Positions 7,893 to 16,772 of a DNA stretch of 64,000 bases are shown in pieces. Each line of letters begins with the position of its first letter. The first letter of the stretch is position 1. Source of the DNA: Pseudomonadota bacterium. Its GTDB lineage: Archaea; Thermoplasmatota; SW-10-69-26; JACQPN01; JAJPHT01. Made by a program: the position numbers and the translations under genes. The notes under the pieces were generated by a model. It was not told the origin of the DNA. It searched no databases and was given only the letters and a program-made list of their open reading frames with translations. The stretch spans positions 1 to 64,000 of the forward strand of contig JAJPHT010000045.1 of NCBI GenBank assembly GCA_021325135.1, written 5' to 3'.

Positions 7893-8855
7893 ATCGCGCG
7901 GCACGTCGTGACGGGAGGAGCCGGGTTCATCGGCTCGCACCTCGCGGACGCCCTCCTCGCGCGGGGCGACGAGGTCGTCGTCTACGACAACCTGAGCGCC
8001 GGCAAGGAGGCCTTCCTCGCCCGGCACAAGGGGGACCCCCGCTATCATTTCGTGCACGCGGACGTGCTGGACACCGCCGACCTCGCGCTGGCGATGAAGG
8101 GCGCGGACGTGGTGTGGCACGTCGCGGCCGACCCCGACGTGCGCACCAGCGGCCTGCGCGCCGAGGTGCACGTCAACCAGAACGTCATCGCGACGCTGCG
8201 CGTGCTGGAGGCCATGCGCGTCGCGGGCGTGCGCAGGATCGCGTTCACCTCCACGAGCACCGTCTACGGCGAGGCGAAGACCATCCCCACGCCCGAGGAC
8301 TACGCGCCCATGGAGCCCATCAGCCTCTACGGCGCGTCGAAGCTGGGCAGCGAGGCGCTCATCAGCGCGTACTGCCACACGTTCGACATGCAGGGGCTCG
8401 CGTTCCGCTTCGCGAACATCGTGGGCCCGCGCAGCACGCACGGCGTGACCTACGACTTCTACCACAAGCTCAAGGCGAGCCCCAAGCGCCTGGAGATCCT
8501 GGGCGACGGGCGGCAATTGAAGAGCTACTGCCACGTGGACGACTGCGTCTCGGCGATGCTCTTCGTGGAGTCGCGCCCCTGGCCGCGCTTCGACGTCTAC
8601 AACATCGGCAGCGACGACGCCATCGACGTGTTCGACCTGGCGCGCGTGGCCGCCGAGGTGTGGGGCCTGAAGGGCGTGGAGATGGTCGCCACGGGAGCGA
8701 AGGGCTCGGGCGGCTGGAAGGGCGACGTGCGCCGCATGGGCCTCGCCAACGAGAAGATCAAGAAGCTGGGCTGGGCGCCGCGCTACACCAGCGCGTCCGC
8801 CATCCGCGCGACGGCCGAGGCGCTGGCGCGCGAGATGGGCAACATCTCCCGTTGA
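7893..8855 (+). CDS. NAD-dependent epimerase/dehydratase (UDP-glucose 4-epimerase-like); probable ATC start
   Basis: VVTGGAGFIGSH, STSTVYG, YGASK, RFANIVGP; SD GAGGTGA at 7882-7888 precedes an in-frame ATC at 7893 (first GTG is 7908). Confidence 0.9.
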   Translation: MARHVVTGGAGFIGSHLADALLARGDEVVVYDNLSAGKEAFLARHKGDPRYHFVHADVLDTADLALAMKGADVVWHVAADPDVRTSGLRAEVHVNQNVIATLRVLEAMRVAGVRRIAFTSTSTVYGEAKTIPTPEDYAPMEPISLYGASKLGSEALISAYCHTFDMQGLAFRFANIVGPRSTHGVTYDFYHKLKASPKRLEILGDGRQLKSYCHVDDCVSAMLFVESRPWPRFDVYNIGSDDAIDVFDLARVAAEVWGLKGVEMVATGAKGSGGWKGDVRRMGLANEKIKKLGWAPRYTSASAIRATAEALAREMGNISR

Positions 8856-8927
8856 ACCGTCTTTGCAGCGCGGCTGCCGGCTTCATCTGATAGCAGCCCC
8901 TGGGCGACCCCCGGCGGGGGCTTCCAC

Positions 8928-10319
8928 CTGAGCGAACCGGTCCACCTGGCCGACTTTCCGGCCGTCTCGCGCGAGGACACCATCAGCGTCACCATCGGCC
9001 CCGGCGCCGACCCGCAGGGCGTCGAGTTCGTCATCGAGGCCGCTCCCGACGTCACGTGGTGGAAGGGGCTGGAGGTCCGCGACGCCCAGGGGCGCCTCCT
9101 GGGCGAGGCGTCCACGCAGGACTCGGACCACGGCCCCCGGTCGACGGCATGGCCCTCCGCCGCGCTCGTCGGGGGGAGCCTCACGCTGGCGAAGGCGAAG
9201 CTCTTCGGCATCCACACGGGCATGTACGAGCTTCGCGACCTGGCCGCCCTCCAGGGGCAGAGGATCCATTTCCTCTGGCAGCGCGACGAGGACAGCGACG
9301 GGCCCGTGCTGGGCTTCTTCCGCGACCTGGGCAGCGGCGTGAGCCAGGCCGCCGACGCGGTGGCCGGGGCGGTGGAGGCCGTCGTCAACGCCGTCGAGGA
9401 GGTCGTGACGGACGTCATCGAGACGGTCGCCACGGCGGCGAGGAGCCTCTTCGACTGGCTGGGCGGCGCGCTCTCGGGGATCCCCCTCATCGGGGGCGCC
9501 CTCCAGGCGGTCTTCCACTGGATAGGAGGCGTCATCGGAGGCTTCCTTGACCTCGTGGCGTCGCTGGTGAAGGCCATCCTGGGCATCGTCGGGGGCGTCG
9601 TCGCGGGCGTCGTCCGCCTCGTGGGCGGAGCGATCGGCGGGCTCCTCTCGTGGGACGGCCGCACCTTCGTCAAGGGGTTCAACGACGTGGTCGGCGGCGT
9701 CTCGGGCGCCCTCATCGGCGTCGTCCTCAAGCTGGGCTCCCTCGTGAACGCCGTCTTCGGCCAGGAGTGGAGCAGCCGCCCCCTCACGCCCGCCGAGCGG
9801 GACCTCCTGCGCAGGATCTACCGGGGCTCCATCGCCTTCTACAACGTGCGCGTCGTGGACGGGGCCTCCGGGGTCTTCTCCGTGAACGACGATCCCTTCA
9901 CCGTGGGCAACACGATCTACATGAAGAGCACGCCCCCGGCGGACTACCTGGGCATCCTCGTCCACGAGTGCTGCCACGTCTGGCAGTACCAGAACATGGG
10001 CTCGCGCTACCTGGGGGACGCCGCCGGCGCGCAGGCCTTCGTGCCTGACGCGTACAACTGGCAGGCGGCGCTCGACGCGGGCGCGAGGCGCTGGCAGGAC
10101 CTCAACCGCGAGGCCCAGGCGGAGGTCTTCCGCGACGCGTACCGCTTCGGCCGGAAGAGGCCCCCCGCGCCCGCCGTGCCGGGGGACTTCTTCCTCGACG
10201 ACCCCGTGGGGGACGACGTCTCCTTCGTGGCGGGAGGGCGGGACAACACGGACTTCGCCCGGGCGAGCACGGCCTGGGTGCGCGGAGACTGGTCGTGGCG
10301 CCCCTCCTCGTGGCTCTGA
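8928..10319 (+). CDS. Multidomain protein: N-terminal beta-rich domain, G/V/L-rich helical region, C-terminal HExxH metallopeptidase (DUF4157-like); probable CTG start
   Basis: Frame is open from 8856 and protein-like from CTG 8928 (..VTWWKGLEV..AKAKLFGIHTGMYEL..); VHECCHVWQYQ and LNREAQAE motifs. Confidence 0.7.
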   Translation: MSEPVHLADFPAVSREDTISVTIGPGADPQGVEFVIEAAPDVTWWKGLEVRDAQGRLLGEASTQDSDHGPRSTAWPSAALVGGSLTLAKAKLFGIHTGMYELRDLAALQGQRIHFLWQRDEDSDGPVLGFFRDLGSGVSQAADAVAGAVEAVVNAVEEVVTDVIETVATAARSLFDWLGGALSGIPLIGGALQAVFHWIGGVIGGFLDLVASLVKAILGIVGGVVAGVVRLVGGAIGGLLSWDGRTFVKGFNDVVGGVSGALIGVVLKLGSLVNAVFGQEWSSRPLTPAERDLLRRIYRGSIAFYNVRVVDGASGVFSVNDDPFTVGNTIYMKSTPPADYLGILVHECCHVWQYQNMGSRYLGDAAGAQAFVPDAYNWQAALDAGARRWQDLNREAQAEVFRDAYRFGRKRPPAPAVPGDFFLDDPVGDDVSFVAGGRDNTDFARASTAWVRGDWSWRPSSWL

Positions 10320-10388
10320 GCGGCGGAGCGCCCCCGGCGCCGCCAGGCTTCCTCCGCCTTCAAGCCAACCTGCCGCGTTGAGCCCGCT

Positions 10389-11318
10389 GTGCCCGCCCTG
10401 GTCGCGCGCAACCTGGTGAAGGACTTCGGCCCGCTGAGGGCCGTGGACGACCTCTCGCTGGAGATCGAGGAGGGGGAGGTCTTCGGCTTCCTGGGGCCCA
10501 ACGGCGCGGGGAAGACCACGAGCATCCGCATGATGACGGGGCTCCTGCCGCCCACGTCGGGCGAGGTCGAGGTGCTGGGCAAGCGCGTGAGGCCCGGGGG
10601 CGGCGAGGCCAAGGGGCTCGTGGGCGTGTGCCCGCAGGAGGTCGTCATCTGGGAGACGTTGACCGCGCTGGAGAACGTCGTCTTCCTGGGCGAGATGTAC
10701 GGCATGGGCGCGGGCGCGGCGCGCAAGCGGGGGCTGGAACTGCTGCGGATGCTCTCGCTGGAGGAGAAGGCCCACGAGCGCGCGGGCGACCTCTCGGGCG
10801 GCATGAAGCGGCGGCTCAACGTCGCCATGGCGCTCGTGCACGACCCCAAGCTCGTCGTGCTCGACGAGCCCGAGGCGGGATTGGACCCGCAGGCGCGCGT
10901 CGTGCTGCGCGAGTTCATCGACGGCCTGCGCCGCGAGAAGACCGTCATCTTCACGACGCACAACATGGACGAGGCCGAGCGGCTCGTCGACCGGGTGGCC
11001 ATCGTGGACCACGGCAAGCTCATCGCGCTGGACACGCCGGCCAACCTCAAGCGGCGCTTCGGCCGCGGCGACGCCTTCGAGATCAAGGTGCGCGAGAACG
11101 CGGAGCCCCTGGCCCGGCGCCTCGCCGCGCTTCCCGGCGCCACCGTCGCGCACCACGAGACGACCGTCACCATCCTGGGCCTCGACCTCACGTCGCGGCT
11201 GCCCCAGATCGTGAAGGAGGCGGAGGCCGCGGGCGCCGCCGTGGAGGACCTGCGCTACCGCGGGAATTCTCTTGAGGATGTCTTCATCGCGCTGACGGGG
11301 CGTGGTCTTCGTGAATGA
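10389..11318 (+). CDS. ABC-2 exporter ATP-binding protein
   Basis: GPNGAGKTT, LSGGMKRR, LDEP, TTHNMDEAE. Confidence 0.95.
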   Translation: MPALVARNLVKDFGPLRAVDDLSLEIEEGEVFGFLGPNGAGKTTSIRMMTGLLPPTSGEVEVLGKRVRPGGGEAKGLVGVCPQEVVIWETLTALENVVFLGEMYGMGAGAARKRGLELLRMLSLEEKAHERAGDLSGGMKRRLNVAMALVHDPKLVVLDEPEAGLDPQARVVLREFIDGLRREKTVIFTTHNMDEAERLVDRVAIVDHGKLIALDTPANLKRRFGRGDAFEIKVRENAEPLARRLAALPGATVAHHETTVTILGLDLTSRLPQIVKEAEAAGAAVEDLRYRGNSLEDVFIALTGRGLRE

Positions 11319-12678
11319 TCGCCGCAGCGATCTTCACGAGAGGCCGGGCGCCGCAGCGCCCGGCCGGAGCGCGAGCAAGGTCCTCGCGGTCGCGCGCAAG
11401 TCGCTGGCGGAGTTCGTGCGCAACCGGCGCAACCTCTTCCTGACGCTGGGGCTGCCCATGCTCTTCGTGCTCATCTTCGGCTTCGCCTTCGGCGGCGGGA
11501 GCAGCGAGGAGACGTACCGCGTCGCGGTGGCCAGCCACGACGCGGGCGCCTCGTGGGACGAGTTCCACCTGGGCGTCCGCGGGCCCAACGGCACGACCGA
11601 GATGGCGCAGCCGGCCGCGGCGATCCGCGCGGGGCTGGGCGCGTCGTTCGGGGCCAACGCCAGCTTCGGCGCCAACATGACGGGCATCCTCGCGAACCTG
11701 ACCTACAAGGACGGCAAGCGGCTCATCGAGATCGTGCCCGTCGCCAGCGAGGACGAGGGGCTCGCCCTGGTGCGCTCGCGCGACGTGGCCGCGATGCTGG
11801 TCGTGCCCGAGGGCTTCTCGCGCACGGTGGGCGCGGCGATCTTCCAGTCGCAGGGCGCCCGGTACGGCCAGGTCCTCCTGGCGCCCGATCCGGCGCCCAA
11901 CGCGACGGTGCGCCTCGTGGGCGACCCCTCGTACTCGTCCTTCTCCGTGGCCAACGGCATCGTGCAGGGCGTCACGTCCTCGTACCTGGAGCGCGCGGCG
12001 CCGCAGGAGGGGGCGAAGGTCGGCACGTCCACCGAGTCCGTGCTGTCGAGCAAGCTGGACACCTTCGACTTCATCGTGCCCGGGCTCATGGTCTACTCCG
12101 TGCTCAACGTCGCGCCCCAGTGCGCGGCGGTGCTCACGCAGGAGCAGGAGAAGGGCACCATCGAGAGGATCAAGATCACGCGCGTCCGGACGTGGGAGCT
12201 GATGGGCGGCGTGTCGCTGGCGCAGCTGGTCATCGCGACCGCGGAGGTGCTGCTCATGTTCGGGGCCGCGCGCCTCATGGGCTTCCACAACGTGGGCAGC
12301 CTGGGCGCGGGCTTCGTGCTGGTGATGCTCACCGCCCTCTCCGTCGTGGGCGTGGGGCTCCTCATCGCGAGCTTCGCGGGGAAGACGCAGGAGGCCGCCA
12401 ACTACGGCATCCTCTTCTCCGTGCCCGCGGGCTTCCTCTCGGGCTCCTTCTTCCCCATCCCCAGCGTGCCCCTCTTCACCGTGGCGGGCCACGTCGTGCA
12501 GCCCTACGACATCCTCCCGCCCACGCACGCGAACCGCGCGCTGCGGGACATCCTCATCCACGGCAAGGGGCTCGCCGACGTCGTGCCCGAGATGACGGCG
12601 CTGGTGATCCTCAGCGTCGTCTTCTTCGCGGCGGGCGTGTGGCTCTACACGAGGCGCCGGCTGCGCGTCACCCGCTGA
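11311..12678 (+). CDS. ABC-2 exporter permease
   Basis: One TM, a large extracellular loop, then 5 TM; FIVPGL, EQEKGTIERI, FLSGSFFPI; overlaps the ATPase stop. Confidence 0.92.
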   Translation: MNDRRSDLHERPGAAAPGRSASKVLAVARKSLAEFVRNRRNLFLTLGLPMLFVLIFGFAFGGGSSEETYRVAVASHDAGASWDEFHLGVRGPNGTTEMAQPAAAIRAGLGASFGANASFGANMTGILANLTYKDGKRLIEIVPVASEDEGLALVRSRDVAAMLVVPEGFSRTVGAAIFQSQGARYGQVLLAPDPAPNATVRLVGDPSYSSFSVANGIVQGVTSSYLERAAPQEGAKVGTSTESVLSSKLDTFDFIVPGLMVYSVLNVAPQCAAVLTQEQEKGTIERIKITRVRTWELMGGVSLAQLVIATAEVLLMFGAARLMGFHNVGSLGAGFVLVMLTALSVVGVGLLIASFAGKTQEAANYGILFSVPAGFLSGSFFPIPSVPLFTVAGHVVQPYDILPPTHANRALRDILIHGKGLADVVPEMTALVILSVVFFAAGVWLYTRRRLRVTR

Positions 12679-13927
12679 GGGCGGAGGACCAGTACGACTC
12701 GCGCTGCGCCTGCCACGCGGCCTGCGCGGTGGCGATCGTCGCCTTCTCGGGGGGCACCGACGCGTCGGCCCTCAGCACGCGCTGCGCGATCTGGGGCGCC
12801 AGGCCCGCGTGGACCCACCCCCACCCCTCCTGCGTGGGCGAGACGACGGGGAGCGCGGGCGACGTGACGTGGCCCAGCGTGGGGTCGTCCTGCGGGTTGG
12901 CCAAGGGGTCGTACCCCGTGGCGTCCAGCGCGACCGCGGAGAGGTTCAGGGCGTCCCGCAGCGCCTTGGGCGTGGCCGCGCCGCCCGCCGCGCGCACGAT
13001 GCCCAGCGCCCGGGAGACGGTGCCCGCCACCAGGGGGGTCGCGTAGCTGGTGCCGCTCACCCAGTGCGTCCCGTTGAGCGTGCGGTAGTCCGCCGCCTGC
13101 GCCGTGAAGTTGCCCAGCACGTCGACGCCCTTGGCCGTGTAGGCGCTCTCGCCGTCGTTGGCGGGCTCGTAGCCCCCGACGCAGACGATCCACGGGGGGC
13201 CGTTGGTGTAGCCCGCGAGGGTGGGCTCGGGCTCGTTGCCCGCCGCGCCGAAGATCAGCTTGCCGTTGCGGCTGGCCTCCCGCGACGCCTCAAGGAAGGC
13301 CTCCTTCTCCTTGTGCAGGGCGGAGGAGTCGGGGGCGTTCGCCGGGACGGCCAGGCTCATGCTGATGGCGTCGATCCACGGCTGCGCGGCGGCCCAGCGC
13401 ACGGCCTCGGCGATGCTGGGGTCGATGAGGCAGTCGGGCTGCGCGCAGACCTGGCCGCCGATCTGGAGCAGGACCAGGATGGCCTCCGGGTCGGCCTGCG
13501 CAGCGAGGGAGGCCGTCTCGGTGCCGTGCCCCGTGGTGTCCAGGAGCGTCCGCTTCCCGGGGGAGAGGGGGTTGGACGCGTTGAGGAAAGACATGGCCAG
13601 GAGGCGCGTCCCGGCGAAGTGGTAGAGCTGGCCCGTCTTCAAGGAGGACCAGGTGGCGTCGTCGGCCGCCTCCCGGTCGGAGAGCGAGCCCGACGTCGAC
13701 AGGTTCACCTCCGTGTAAGCGCCCCCCGGGAGCCGCGCAAGGGTCGTCACGTTGCCGGCAAACGCCGCGTGGTAGGGCAGGATGCCGGTGTCCAGCAGGG
13801 CGACGACGGTGGGGCGCGGCGCCGCGGCCGACGAGGCCGCCCCCTGGGGGGCCGATGGTCCGCCGGCGACGCACCCCGCGAGGAGGAGGGCGACGAACCC
13901 GAGGGCGGCGGCGCGCGTCCAGGCCAC
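12668..13927 (-). CDS. Subtilisin-like S8 serine peptidase, lipoprotein
   Basis: LLAG|C lipobox; catalytic triad VALLDTG, GHGT, SGTSYATP; oxyanion AAGN. Confidence 0.9.
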   Translation of the reverse strand: MAWTRAAALGFVALLLAGCVAGGPSAPQGAASSAAAPRPTVVALLDTGILPYHAAFAGNVTTLARLPGGAYTEVNLSTSGSLSDREAADDATWSSLKTGQLYHFAGTRLLAMSFLNASNPLSPGKRTLLDTTGHGTETASLAAQADPEAILVLLQIGGQVCAQPDCLIDPSIAEAVRWAAAQPWIDAISMSLAVPANAPDSSALHKEKEAFLEASREASRNGKLIFGAAGNEPEPTLAGYTNGPPWIVCVGGYEPANDGESAYTAKGVDVLGNFTAQAADYRTLNGTHWVSGTSYATPLVAGTVSRALGIVRAAGGAATPKALRDALNLSAVALDATGYDPLANPQDDPTLGHVTSPALPVVSPTQEGWGWVHAGLAPQIAQRVLRADASVPPEKATIATAQAAWQAQRESYWSSALSG

Positions 13928-13980
13928 GCCGCGTTAGCCGGCGCGCCGCATGATAAGCCCTCGGATGTCCGCACTACAAA

Positions 13981-14001
13981 TTGTCGACAAGACCCAAATA
14001 G
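13981..14001. promoter_or_regulatory. Palindromic operator TTGTCGACAA next to a TATA-like CCCAAATAG
   Basis: Perfect 10-bp palindrome 13981-13990 in the AT-richer divergent intergenic region between the S8 and peptide genes. Confidence 0.5.
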
Positions 14002-14038
14002 CGGGTTGCTGGTGGATGCTCGAAGGAGCGCTGTGCGA

Positions 14039-14254
14039 ATGAGATCCCTGATCGTCGCCCTCTTCCTGACCGGCATCGTCGGATTCACCTCCCTGGCGGC
14101 TGCCATGCCCGCCCCCGTCGTCAACGACGCCACCCTCCACAGCGTCTCGGGGAGCGGCTGCGACCTCATCGAGACGCTCTGCGACTGCAACATCCCCCCC
14201 GACCTGACGGTTGAGCCTTCTCCTGTCGCCCAGATCGAGGCCTGCTTCAGCTGA
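14039..14254 (+). CDS. Small secreted Cys-rich prepropeptide (71 aa)
   Basis: SD AAGGAG; MRSLIVALFLTGIVGFTSLAAA signal; then MPAPVVNDATLHSVSG-SGCDLIETLCDC...EACFS (4 Cys). Confidence 0.7.
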   Translation: MRSLIVALFLTGIVGFTSLAAAMPAPVVNDATLHSVSGSGCDLIETLCDCNIPPDLTVEPSPVAQIEACFS

Positions 14255-14293
14255 TCGGGCTGAAGCACCTGGAGACGCATCCACCGGGGGACC

Positions 14294-15805
14294 ATGAGGC
14301 AGGTCATCGGGCTCGTCGTCGCGCTCACGCTGCTCCAGGCCCTCCCATGGGCCGGCGCCAGCGCGCGCTTCGACGAAGGGGTGGCGGTGGTGGTCGTCGA
14401 CGACCAGCACGGCCAGTCGTGCGCCTTCGCCCCCCTGGGGGCGTGCTTCGCCGACGCCCGCGGCTTGGACGACCCCTCCAACGCCACGCTGGACGTGAGC
14501 CAGGGCATCGGCTACGTCGGCGTCGCCACCCGCACGGACCAGTACGTCGACGTGGGCGCCGACCAGCAGGTCCACGGCGAGGACGGCACCGCCCCCGACC
14601 CCGTGCTCCCCCTCCTCGCGGACACCTGGACCGGCTCCCCCCTCGCCCCGGGCATCCCCGGCGTCTTCCTCATGGACATGGGCCCCGACGGGCTCACGCT
14701 CCAGTTCAACTCCGTCGACCCCAGCCACGACGGGGGCCCCGTCTACTGGAGGACCTTCCACTCCACCTGGCCCGACGGCCAGAACCGCATCGGCTACCAC
14801 CAGATCGGGCCCATGAACGAGCCCGGCTTCTCGGACACCGACTACTACGCGTGGGAGCTCCCCAACGACGCGTGCTTCGGCCCCACCAAGACGCGCGAGT
14901 GCCTGGACGCCACCAACGCGACCACCAACGCCACGACCAACGCCACCCCCGACGTCGTCTTCGGCCTGGAGTTCCACACCCTGGAGACGGCCTCCAACGC
15001 CTCGCGCCTCGCGGTTCCCGACCACGTGGCCTTCCAGCCGGGCTCGGCGCTGGCCTTCGCCGACGCCGCCTACGCGCCCCCCGGCCCCGCCGCGGTCCCC
15101 GAAGCCCCGGGAGCCCCCCGTCTCCCGCACGACTCCGCGGCCCCCCACCCCATCGCCCTCTCGGCGCTGCCGCAGGCCCCCGCCGCGGTGCGCTCCTCGG
15201 ACGCGTCGGGCGTGCGCCTACTCCCCCTCCTCCCCTCCAAGGTCATCGCCGTGGCCGCCGCGGTGGGCGGCGCCCTCCTCCTCGTCCTCGCGGCCGCGCT
15301 CTACGCCCGCATCCACGGGAAGCGCGAGGCTCTCGCCTCCGCCGCGCGGCAGGCGCTCCTCGACCACGTCACGCGCGAGCCGGGCATCTCCCCCACGGAC
15401 CTCGCCCGCGCCATGGGCGTCACCCGCAACGCGGTGCTCCACCACGCCCGCGTCCTGGCCCGCATGCAGCTCCTCACCGTGCGCCGCGCCGAGGGCAAGA
15501 CCTTCCTGCTCCCCGTGGGCCCCGCGCCCGACGTGCACGGCCTCGCCCTCCTGCGCAGCAAGTCGTGCGGCCTCCTCCTGCGCGTCGCGGAGGCGTCCCC
15601 CGAGGGCGTCACCAAGGAGCAGCTCGTCCAGGGCACGCCCGAGATCCCCACGCGGACGCGCGACCACAACCTGGCCAAGCTCGTCCGCGAAGGCGCCCTG
15701 GAGCGCATCGAGGGCCCCATGGGCGTCCTCTACCGCGTCCCGCCGCGGCCGGCCCTCGCGCACGCCCTCCACGCGACGCGCGCGGACAAGGCGGTCACGC
15801 ACTGA
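14294..15805 (+). CDS. Membrane-tethered transcription factor: signal peptide, extracellular domain, TM, tandem winged HTH
   Basis: Signal MRQVIGLVVALTLLQALPWAGASA; TM VIAVAAAVGGALLLVLAAALY; EPGISPTDLARAMGVTRNAVLHHARVL; second wHTH TRDHNLAKLVREG. Confidence 0.8.
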   Translation: MRQVIGLVVALTLLQALPWAGASARFDEGVAVVVVDDQHGQSCAFAPLGACFADARGLDDPSNATLDVSQGIGYVGVATRTDQYVDVGADQQVHGEDGTAPDPVLPLLADTWTGSPLAPGIPGVFLMDMGPDGLTLQFNSVDPSHDGGPVYWRTFHSTWPDGQNRIGYHQIGPMNEPGFSDTDYYAWELPNDACFGPTKTRECLDATNATTNATTNATPDVVFGLEFHTLETASNASRLAVPDHVAFQPGSALAFADAAYAPPGPAAVPEAPGAPRLPHDSAAPHPIALSALPQAPAAVRSSDASGVRLLPLLPSKVIAVAAAVGGALLLVLAAALYARIHGKREALASAARQALLDHVTREPGISPTDLARAMGVTRNAVLHHARVLARMQLLTVRRAEGKTFLLPVGPAPDVHGLALLRSKSCGLLLRVAEASPEGVTKEQLVQGTPEIPTRTRDHNLAKLVREGALERIEGPMGVLYRVPPRPALAHALHATRADKAVTH

Positions 15806-15821
15806 GGCCTTCGCTCTCTCA

Positions 15822-15894
15822 TGGGTCCGCTCGGATTTGAACCGAGGTCACAAGCTCCCAAAGCTCGAAGGATACCAAGCTACCCCACGGACCC
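15822..15894 (-). tRNA. tRNA-Pro(TGG)
   Basis: Reverse complement folds as GGGTCCG..CGAGC-TT-TGG-GA-GCTTG..CTCGG-TTCAAAT-CCGAG-CGGACCC-A; no encoded CCA. Confidence 0.95.
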
Positions 15895-15986
15895 GCGTGG
15901 CGCGCGCCGCATTCCGGGGGATGGCACAAAGCCCTTTGCTTCGCCGAGGGCCGGCTCCCCGTCGCGAGGCCGCGCGAGGCTTCCCT

Positions 15987-16772
15987 TCACGTGAGGCGCC
16001 GGAACCTCCACACGGCGAGCGTCGCGAACACGGCGATGATGCCCGCGCACCAGAGGGCGGCCTGCCACGCGGCGTCGCCCACGGGCGTGTGGAGCGACCA
16101 GGCGCGCACGGCGTCGGCGGCCAGCGTGATGGGGCTGTGCGTCGCGAAGGCGCGCAGCCACGCGGGCATGGTCGCGACGGGGACGAAGATGCTGCTGGCG
16201 AACACCACGGGGAAGACCCAGGTGAAGCCCGCGATCTCGGCGGTCTGCGTGTCGCGGACCATAAGGCCGATGGTGCACGCGATCCACGAGAACGAGAGGC
16301 CCACGAGGATCGTCAGGCCCAGCGCGAGGAGCGCGTCGCCCAGCGTGCCGTGGAAACGATAGCCGATGAGGAAGCCCACGCCGGCCATGATGAAGACCGA
16401 GACGGTGTGGCGCAGCGTGTCGCTGAGCGTGCGCGCCGCGAGCACGGTGCCGCGGGCGATGGGCAGCGAGCGGAAGCGGTCCATGATGCCCTTCTGCGTG
16501 TCCTCCGCGATGTTGACGCCGCTCTGCATCGAGCCGAAGATGACCGTCTGCACGATGACGCCGGGGATGAGGAAGTCGACGTAGTTGCCGTTGGGCGTCG
16601 CGATGGCGCCGCCGAAGACGTAGGCGAAGAGGAGCGTGAACATGATGGGCTGGATGACCGCGAACGCGATCAGCTGCGGCACGCGCACGTAGTGGACGAG
16701 ATTGCGCCACGTGAGGAGCAGCGTGTCGCTCACGGCCCACGCGGCCTTGGAGCCGGCGGTGGGCGCGCTCAC
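15987..16772 (-). CDS. ABC-2 permease (DrrB-like)
   Basis: QPIMFTLLFAYVFGGAI, YVDFLIPG, GIMDRFRSLPI, FASSIFVP..TMP.WL; GTG overlaps the ATPase stop. Confidence 0.93.
   Translation of the reverse strand: MSAPTAGSKAAWAVSDTLLLTWRNLVHYVRVPQLIAFAVIQPIMFTLLFAYVFGGAIATPNGNYVDFLIPGVIVQTVIFGSMQSGVNIAEDTQKGIMDRFRSLPIARGTVLAARTLSDTLRHTVSVFIMAGVGFLIGYRFHGTLGDALLALGLTILVGLSFSWIACTIGLMVRDTQTAEIAGFTWVFPVVFASSIFVPVATMPAWLRAFATHSPITLAADAVRAWSLHTPVGDAAWQAALWCAGIIAVFATLAVWRFRRLT

Noticed and set aside
10358-10377. TTCAAGCCAACCTGCCGCG resembles the paralog upstream motif
   Set aside because: The spacing is wrong, one base is missing, and the orientation relative to the downstream gene is opposite
6957-11318. 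Four consecutive genes (fibrillarin, epimerase, HExxH protein, ABC ATPase) lie in one frame separated only by single TGA codons, suggesting readthrough or recoding
   Set aside because: Each is a complete, unrelated protein; open spacers are expected at this GC; TGA is the normal stop across the window; the epimerase has its own SD
14911-14950. Short tandem repeat ACCAACGC(G/C)AC
   Set aside because: It encodes a TNAT linker inside the TM-wHTH ectodomain (possible N-glycosylation sequons), not an independent DNA element
15822-15894. An integrated element with att sites at tRNA-Pro or tRNA-Phe
   Set aside because: I found no second copy of either tRNA 3' end and no intact integrase in the window by eye, so only adjacency is reported
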